From: Candidatus Krumholzibacteriota bacterium
Lineage (GTDB): Bacteria > Krumholzibacteriota > Krumholzibacteriia > LZORAL124-64-63
Direction: 5' to 3'
Assembly (NCBI GenBank): GCA_039714075.1
Contig: JBDLKA010000104.1
Coordinates: 1 to 11,859, forward strand
Length of the DNA stretch: 11,859 nt
Positions 6,329-11,859 of this stretch are shown here, in pieces. The position numbers were made by a program, and so were the translations under genes. Under the pieces are notes generated by a model. It was not told the origin of the DNA. It ran no database searches and was given only the letters and a program-made list of their open reading frames with translations. The stretch's first letter is position 1. Each line of letters starts with the position of its first letter.

Positions 6329-6527
6329 CGGCGCATGTCGGCCGCCGTCCTGATTTGAACCTGAAGGGATGAACGAAGTTCGACTCGCACTTGTTGAGGG
6401 TGGCTGGAAATTGGCCATGGAATTTCAGTCGCACAGGTATCGGCAATCTGCGAAAATGCCTCCATGGCCTTGCAAGTTGCATCCGTGAAAACGAAGTTCA
6501 GGATCAAAGACCAGGTTGTAACCATCT

Positions 6528-7874
6528 GTGAATAAAGAAATAACAAGACGTCTGGGACCCGCTTATCCTCTCACCAAAGCCTGGTTCGGGCTTTCCGTTG
6601 TTTACTCGGGATTCCTCGCGGTGGGCTTTGTTTTCCATTTCGTCCCTCCTGTCCTTCCGGTGGTGATCGAGGATCTGGGCATCACCCACGGGCAGGCCGG
6701 ACTGCTGATGTCCCTGTTCGCCCTGCCGGGGATCCTGCTGTCCATTCCCGGCGGCTGGCTGGCCGATCGTTTCGGGGAACGCGTGGTCGGAAGCGTGGGG
6801 CTGGCCGTCATGGGGGCCGGAACCCTGGTATTGGCCCGGTCGGGTGAGTTCTTTCTGATCCTGGCCGGGCGGACCCTTTCCGGCGTGGGCGTCGTCATCG
6901 CCGTGATCGCGATGCAGAGAATGGTGACCCGCCTGTTCGGGGGCCGCCCCCTGGGGGTTCCCATGGGTGTCAGCGGCAGCGCCATTCCCCTGGGCATCAT
7001 CCTGGTATTGAACCTGGCGGGGCCCGTGGCGGCGGAACACGGCTGGCGCGAGGTTGCTTTCCGGACAGGTCTGTTTTCCATCGTGGTCGCGGGAGTATTC
7101 CTGGGTGCTAGCTGGTTTCTGACCCGGGGCCGATCCCTGGGTGTGGCGGCGAGTGAACTTCCGGCCCGGTCTCATGAAGACGCCGCCGCCCGGGTCCGGG
7201 GAATGAGGGCCATCTGGATCGTCGGTGGGGTCTGGTTCTGCGCCAACGGCGCCATGACGGCTTTCATGACCTTCGCTCCCGACCATTACCTGGATCTGGG
7301 CATGGGGGTCAAGGCACGCGGCCTGATGACCAGTGTTCCCATGTGGGCTTCCGCCCTTCTGGGACCGGTGACGGGCTGGTTGGCGGACCGCCACGGCGGC
7401 AAGGCGGCCTTCATCGGCTGGGGGATGGGCCTGATGGCGGTTTGTCTGGCGCTTGTTCCGGCCACGGTCCTTTCTCCGGCGGTGTTGGGGCTGGGACTGG
7501 GCGTGGCCCTGGCCTCGATGGTGACCCCGACCATGTCCCTGCCGGGGACGGTGCTGCCGCCGTCGCACATCGGACGGGGATTCGGCATCCTCAGCACCTG
7601 CGCCAACTTGGGCATATTCGCGATCCCGCCCCTGGCGGGGTACGTCCGGGATGTCAGCGGCGGCTACGGCCGGCCCTTCTGGCTGATGGCCGCCGTGGCG
7701 GCGGCCGGAGTGGCGGCGGCCGAAATGCTGCGCCGTGGCCGCTTCACGCCCGGATTCACTATCGGTGTCCAGAATCACCTTGTGGCCGGGGCGGGTGTTG
7801 ATGAAATTGTGCCAAATCGCCTTACTGAGCCGCCAATCGTGAAAGGGAAACGTGATGAACCAGGAAGTGCTTGA
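6528..7874 (+). CDS. Major facilitator superfamily transporter (12 TM)
   Basis: MFS motif A appears twice (GWLADRFGER; GWLADRHGGK), with about 12 hydrophobic segments. The start codon (GTG, no clear RBS) and the last ~40 aa are less certain. Confidence 0.92.
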   Translation: MNKEITRRLGPAYPLTKAWFGLSVVYSGFLAVGFVFHFVPPVLPVVIEDLGITHGQAGLLMSLFALPGILLSIPGGWLADRFGERVVGSVGLAVMGAGTLVLARSGEFFLILAGRTLSGVGVVIAVIAMQRMVTRLFGGRPLGVPMGVSGSAIPLGIILVLNLAGPVAAEHGWREVAFRTGLFSIVVAGVFLGASWFLTRGRSLGVAASELPARSHEDAAARVRGMRAIWIVGGVWFCANGAMTAFMTFAPDHYLDLGMGVKARGLMTSVPMWASALLGPVTGWLADRHGGKAAFIGWGMGLMAVCLALVPATVLSPAVLGLGLGVALASMVTPTMSLPGTVLPPSHIGRGFGILSTCANLGIFAIPPLAGYVRDVSGGYGRPFWLMAAVAAAGVAAAEMLRRGRFTPGFTIGVQNHLVAGAGVDEIVPNRLTEPPIVKGKRDEPGSA

Positions 7875-8397
7875 ACTCTGGCCGGAACTGATGTGGATCG
7901 AGGACGAAAAACTGCGCGGGACCACGGCCAAAACATGGGAACTGGCCCTGGAGCGCAGCCCCCTGACCGTCGAGGATCTCAACACCATTCCCTTTACCCT
8001 GCTCGTTCCGGACCTGAAAGTCAGCTTCATGGCCCACAAGCGCTGCGTGGTGCATGTGGCGCGCGACGCCGCCGTCAAGATGAACGAGTTCTTCACCGAC
8101 GACCTGCCGGTGGACATGGACGTGACCATCGCCGGGGCGATCCTGGCGGACGTGGGCAAGCTGTTGGAGTACGACATCAAGGACGGCGAGTCCTGCAAAA
8201 GTGAAATGGGCAAGTACCTGCGCCACCCGTTCACGGGCGTCGCCCTGGCCCTGGAGGCGGGCGTGCCGGAGTCGGTCTGCCACATCATCGCCGCCCATGC
8301 GGGTGAAGGTGACATGATCACGCGTTCGACCGAGGCCTACGTGGTCCATCACGCTGATTTCATGACCTTCCTGCCCTTCAAGAAGCGGCTGAAGTAG
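7855..8397 (+). CDS. HD/HDIG-fold metal-dependent phosphohydrolase-like protein with variant AD motif
   Basis: Motif order AHK...GAILADVGKLLEY...RHPFTG...HIIAAH...EAYVVHHADF matches the HD superfamily. AAGGGA RBS; start is ATG 7855 or GTG 7852. Confidence 0.88.
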   Translation: MNQEVLELWPELMWIEDEKLRGTTAKTWELALERSPLTVEDLNTIPFTLLVPDLKVSFMAHKRCVVHVARDAAVKMNEFFTDDLPVDMDVTIAGAILADVGKLLEYDIKDGESCKSEMGKYLRHPFTGVALALEAGVPESVCHIIAAHAGEGDMITRSTEAYVVHHADFMTFLPFKKRLK

Positions 8398-8509
8398 CCT
8401 TGGCAGGAAAATACTTGGCGAAGGGCCCATTCTGGTATATCTAGAGTCAAATCGGATGCCTTTTGCCGGGCACGGTCCGTGTCCCTAATTCAGAGCCGGG
8501 AGGAATACC

Positions 8510-8740
8510 ATGGCTGACAATACCGATAAAGTGGAAGACAACGTCGATGGCCCCTGGTTCGTGGATACCAACTGCATCGACTGCGACCTTTGCCGCCAGA
8601 CGGCCCCTGACAATTTCGAGCGCAACGAGGACGACGGTTATTCCTACGTCCACAAGCAGCCCGAAAACGACGACGAGGCCCAGGCCTGCCAGGACGCCAT
8701 GGAAGAGTGCCCGGTCGAAGCCATCGGTGACGACGGGTAG
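8510..8740 (+). CDS. Monocluster [4Fe-4S] ferredoxin, very acidic
   Basis: CIDCDLC...AP.NF...CPVEAIG; 76 aa; strong GGGAGGA RBS. Confidence 0.95.
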   Translation: MADNTDKVEDNVDGPWFVDTNCIDCDLCRQTAPDNFERNEDDGYSYVHKQPENDDEAQACQDAMEECPVEAIGDDG

Positions 8741-8796
8741 TTCGTTATCCTGCGCCCGCTTCAATGTTGTCTGGAATTGTCCGGAATGCCTGAAAA

Positions 8797-8828
8797 CGGC
8801 CCGCCCCTGTGGCGGGCCGGTGTTTTTT
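8797..8828 (+). terminator. Intrinsic terminator after the ferredoxin gene
   Basis: CGGCCCGCC-CCTGT-GGCGGGCCG followed by GTGTTTTTT. Confidence 0.82.
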
Positions 8829-8830
8829 GT

Positions 8831-8859
8831 GGAAACTTATGATTGATTGGATGGTTGTA
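8831..8859 (+). promoter_or_regulatory. Possible ECF sigma factor promoter for the HtrA protease gene
   Basis: GGAAAC (8831-8836), 17 nt, GTTGTA (8854-8859), resembling the AAC...GTT pattern of ECF promoters. It lies right after the terminator and about 60 nt before the ATG. Confidence 0.4.
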
Positions 8860-8920
8860 GCTTGCCGAGCAAGCGATCATTTCGAATGCCCGGGCAAGCG
8901 CCCGGATAGGGAGGAACCCC

Positions 8921-10369
8921 ATGCGCAAGTTCGTCAACGGTAAAGGCACCCTGACCTGGATGACCGCGGTATTGCTGATAACCGCGGCCGCATCCACGGC
9001 GGCATCTTCGGCCCTGGCCCAGGCTCCGGTGGACCACCAGCTGCGTTCCTATGCGGACGTCGCGGAAACCACCATGCCGGCGGTGGTCAACATCTCGACG
9101 GATAAACTGGTGGACAACAGCATGGGCCAGCACCCGTTCATGAACGATCCCATGTTCAAGCGCTTTTTCAACATGCCGGACGACGACGTGCACAACCAGC
9201 CCGAGCGCCTGGAGCATTCCCTGGGTTCGGGCATCGTGATTTCGGCCGACGGCTACATCCTGACCAACAACCATGTGGTCGAGAACGCCAGCAAGGTCCG
9301 GGTGACCTTCGTGGGCGAAAGGGAATACGAGGCCGAGGTCATCGGCACCGATCCCCCGACCGATGTGGCGCTGATCAAGATCGACGCGGAGAACCTGCCC
9401 ACCGTGCGGGTCGGCGACAGCGACCAGCTGCGGGTCGGCGACCAGGTCATGGCCATCGGCAATCCCTTCGGGGTGGGCCAGACCGTGACCCTGGGCATCG
9501 TCAGTGCTCTGGGGCGCAATATCGGCCTGATGGACTACGCGGACCTGATCCAGACCGACGCCTCGATCAACCCCGGCAACAGCGGCGGCGCCCTGGTTAA
9601 CATGCGGGGCGAGCTGGTGGGCATGAACGCGGCCATCCTGAGCCGCAGCGGGGGCAGCCAGGGCATCGGCTTCGCCATTCCCACGAGCATGGCCATGCGT
9701 ATCGTCGATTCCCTCAAGGAGTCCGGCACCGTGCAGCGGGCCTATCTGGGTGTCCTGCCCCAGCCGGTGGACCAGTCCATGGCCGACTACTACGGCATGG
9801 ACCGGCCCCGCGGCGTCCTGATCACGCAGGTCAACGAGGACACGCCGGCCGAAAAGGCGGGCCTGATGGACGGGGACATCATTCTCAGTGTCGACGGCCG
9901 CGAGATCAGGAATCCCAGCATGCTGCGCAATGTGATCAGCCTGTCGGAGGTGGGCCAGGACGTTGAGCTGGCCATCGTGCGGGAAGGCAAGGAGCAGAAC
10001 ATCACCGTCAGGCTGGACAAGTTCCCCGATCCCGAACAGATGGCCGCCGCGGACGTCCCGGCGGATCCCGACGAGGATGAAACTCTCGACGGCGTTGTCG
10101 TTCGCGAAATGACCCCCCGGATGCGGACCATGATGGAGACCCTGCCCGAGGATATCGAGGGCCTGATCGTGACCGGCGTGGAGCAGACCAGCAACGCCGC
10201 CCGCGAGGGTCTGGCCGAGGGTGATATCATCCAGAAGGTCGGCGGTGAAACGGTGACGACATTGAAGGCGTTCCAAGGCGCCCTGGGGAAGAACACCGAC
10301 CGGCCCGTGTTTCTGCGGGTCTACAAACCGCGGCAGCAGCAGAGTATTTTTATCGCCGTGCCGCGGTAG
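8921..10369 (+). CDS. degP: Periplasmic HtrA-family serine endoprotease Do/DegP/DegQ with two PDZ domains
   Basis: Signal peptide; LGSGIVIS, TNNHVV (His), DVALIK (Asp), QTDASINPGNSGGAL (Ser); two PDZ domains (PAEKAGLMDGDII; AAREGLAEGDII). GGGAGG RBS. degP versus degQ cannot be resolved from sequence alone. Confidence 0.96.
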   Translation: MRKFVNGKGTLTWMTAVLLITAAASTAASSALAQAPVDHQLRSYADVAETTMPAVVNISTDKLVDNSMGQHPFMNDPMFKRFFNMPDDDVHNQPERLEHSLGSGIVISADGYILTNNHVVENASKVRVTFVGEREYEAEVIGTDPPTDVALIKIDAENLPTVRVGDSDQLRVGDQVMAIGNPFGVGQTVTLGIVSALGRNIGLMDYADLIQTDASINPGNSGGALVNMRGELVGMNAAILSRSGGSQGIGFAIPTSMAMRIVDSLKESGTVQRAYLGVLPQPVDQSMADYYGMDRPRGVLITQVNEDTPAEKAGLMDGDIILSVDGREIRNPSMLRNVISLSEVGQDVELAIVREGKEQNITVRLDKFPDPEQMAAADVPADPDEDETLDGVVVREMTPRMRTMMETLPEDIEGLIVTGVEQTSNAAREGLAEGDIIQKVGGETVTTLKAFQGALGKNTDRPVFLRVYKPRQQQSIFIAVPR

Positions 10370-10391
10370 TCGTTCCGCGGGCCTGAATGAA

Positions 10392-10416
10392 GGAACCCCC
10401 GGAATCAGGGGGTTCT
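10392..10416 (+). terminator. Stem-loop after the degP-like gene, possible terminator
   Basis: GAACCCCC-GGAATCA-GGGGGTTC, but no good U-tract follows. Confidence 0.45.
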
Positions 10417-10419
10417 CCA

Positions 10420-10449
10420 TTGATCCCGCTATCTCATTCATGGTATGAT
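10420..10449 (+). promoter_or_regulatory. Extended -10 sigma70 promoter for the S8 protease gene
   Basis: TTGATC (10420-10425), 18 nt, TATGAT (10444-10449), with TG at 10441-10442 (TGnTATGAT). Confidence 0.6.
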
Positions 10450-10546
10450 GAGTAGCGGTATGGTTTCCGGAAAGGGGGAGATCCAACCCGGGAATTCATA
10501 TTCCGCTGTCCGCCAGACGCTCGCCACCCCATCGTTTGGAGAAACC

Positions 10547-11859
10547 ATGTCCCGACCCCGCCAATGGCTATCCTATGTCCTGTTGTTATGTATCATGGTG
10601 TTCGCGACGGCCGCGATGGCTGCCGACAGCACCGCGCCCCGCGCCTTCGCTCCGGTGCAGGAGGGCTTCACCACCCAGGCTGAAATGAGCCTGCCCTACG
10701 CGGCGGACCGCATTCTGGTCCAGTTCCGCGACCTGAATATGGATAAATCGGCTCTGGCCGTGGGCCTGGACAGGGGAACGCAGGTTCCCGGCGCCAGGAC
10801 CGGCCTGCCTTCGGTCGACAATCTGGCCTTCGCCTACGGAGTGACCGGTGTCGAGCGCCCCTATTACCGGATCAAGAACCAGGACAAGGCCGCCGGTTTC
10901 GGTCAGGACCGCTGGTTCATGTACCACTTCACCACCGATGCGGACATGGCCGAAGTGGCCAAGGCCTTCCGGGCCGATCCCAATATCGAAGCGGTGTCCC
11001 TGGACTGGCGCGCCTATCCCGCCGCCGTTCCCAACGATCCCCTTTATCCCGACCAGTGGGGCCACGACAACACCGGCCAGATGCTTTCCTACGACTGGAA
11101 CACCCACACCCATACGGGCCCGGCCGTCGGTACCACCGGCTTCGATTCGCATGCCCAGGAGGCCTGGGACAAGAGCCAGGGTTACGGCAGTGCTTCTGTG
11201 GTCGTCGCCATTCTGGACAGCGGTGTGGACATCGACCATCCCGACCTGAACCTGGTCGCGGGCTACGATTACGGTGACAACGATTCCAATCCCGACGACA
11301 ACAGCGGCAATGCGGGCCACGGCACCGCTTGCGCGGGTGTGGCGGCGGCTGTTTCGAACAACAACCTGGGCGTGTCCGGTATCGCCGGCGGCAGCAGCAT
11401 CATGCCCCTGAAGGTCGCCAACAGCGCGGGCTCGATGTACTTCTCCAACATCCAGAACGCCCTCTATCACGCCGCGGACAACGGCGCCGACATCGCCAGC
11501 ATGAGCTTCAGCGCCGACATCAGCAGCGACGCCGCCACCGACGCGGCTCTGCAGTACGCGTACAACGCGGGTGTTTTGCTCCTGGCGGCCACCAGCAACT
11601 CGAACGAAAGCCACACGCGCTACCCCGCCAACAACCAGTACGTGATGGGCATCGGTGCGGCTTCGCCCTGCGGCGACCGGAAGCGGTCGGCCAGTAACAC
11701 GGCGTACCTCAACCCCGGTGTGGATCCCGATCCCAACGACTACACCTGCGACGGCGAGCGCTGGTGGGGCTCCAACTACGGTTCGACCACCCAGGACGCC
11801 GGCAACGCCGTGGACGTGATCGCCCCGACGATCATGCCGACGACCGACATCGGCGGCAG
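10547..11859 (+). CDS. Secreted S8 (subtilisin-like) serine peptidase, 3'-truncated by the window edge
   Basis: Manual translation from ATG 10547 (GGAG RBS) is open to the window end. It shows signal peptide MSRPRQWLSYVLLLCIMVFATAAMA, a propeptide, PNDPLYPDQWG, VVVAILDSGVDIDHPDL (Asp), GHGTACAGVAAA (His) and AATSN (oxyanion Asn). The catalytic Ser lies beyond the window. Confidence 0.96.
   Translation, partial: MSRPRQWLSYVLLLCIMVFATAAMAADSTAPRAFAPVQEGFTTQAEMSLPYAADRILVQFRDLNMDKSALAVGLDRGTQVPGARTGLPSVDNLAFAYGVTGVERPYYRIKNQDKAAGFGQDRWFMYHFTTDADMAEVAKAFRADPNIEAVSLDWRAYPAAVPNDPLYPDQWGHDNTGQMLSYDWNTHTHTGPAVGTTGFDSHAQEAWDKSQGYGSASVVVAILDSGVDIDHPDLNLVAGYDYGDNDSNPDDNSGNAGHGTACAGVAAAVSNNNLGVSGIAGGSSIMPLKVANSAGSMYFSNIQNALYHAADNGADIASMSFSADISSDAATDAALQYAYNAGVLLLAATSNSNESHTRYPANNQYVMGIGAASPCGDRKRSASNTAYLNPGVDPDPNDYTCDGERWWGSNYGSTTQDAGNAVDVIAPTIMPTTDIGG

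Noticed and set aside
6465..6481. Second, divergent sigma54 site for the MFS gene (TGGCCTTGCAAGTTGCA)
   Set aside because: GG-to-GC spacing is 11 nt, not the strictly required 10.
8445..8505. Possible riboswitch or ncRNA in the ferredoxin leader (hairpin GGGCACG-GTC-CGTGTCC, 8468-8484)
   Set aside because: It is a single short hairpin with no recognisable aptamer consensus and does not sequester the RBS.
6504..10486. Long minus-strand ORFs 6504-8321 (605 aa) and 8837-10486 (549 aa)
   Set aside because: They are antisense shadows of the well-supported MFS, HD and DegP genes and contain no recognisable motifs.
10586..11614. 342-aa minus-strand ORF and short + strand ORFs in the track
   Set aside because: The real gene is the + strand S8 protease starting at 10547, which the track omits because it has no stop in the window.
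1..11859. CRISPR arrays, tRNA/rRNA, IS elements, prophage or defence genes
   Set aside because: By eye I found no regularly spaced repeats, cloverleaf motifs, transposase/integrase motifs or terminal repeats. Covariance-model searches were not run.

Overview
GC-rich chromosomal region from a diderm, probably anaerobic or facultative bacterium. I saw no mobile element, RNA gene or CRISPR array. The left part is a minus-strand redox cluster: a hexaheme c-type cytochrome lipoprotein with its own near-consensus sigma70 promoter and terminator, then a tightly coupled three-gene unit of an orphan hypC, a Tat-exported Rieske protein and an extended-SDR enzyme fused to a helical RsbRD_N/globin-like domain. 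This unit converges on a small 4-TM protein. The middle holds an EamA transporter and a small outer-membrane beta-barrel on divergent promoters, a 120-aa secreted Fn3-like protein behind a consensus sigma54 promoter, an MFS transporter, an HD-fold protein whose HD motif reads AD, and a ferredoxin. The right part has a DegP/DegQ protease and a secreted S8 subtilase that runs off the window and is absent from the ORF track. The most interesting signal is the Fn3 protein: it seems to lack its N-terminal strand A but carries an A-strand-like PGxPGKP motif at its C-terminus. That suggests head-to-tail donor-strand polymerisation into a filament (inference, untested).
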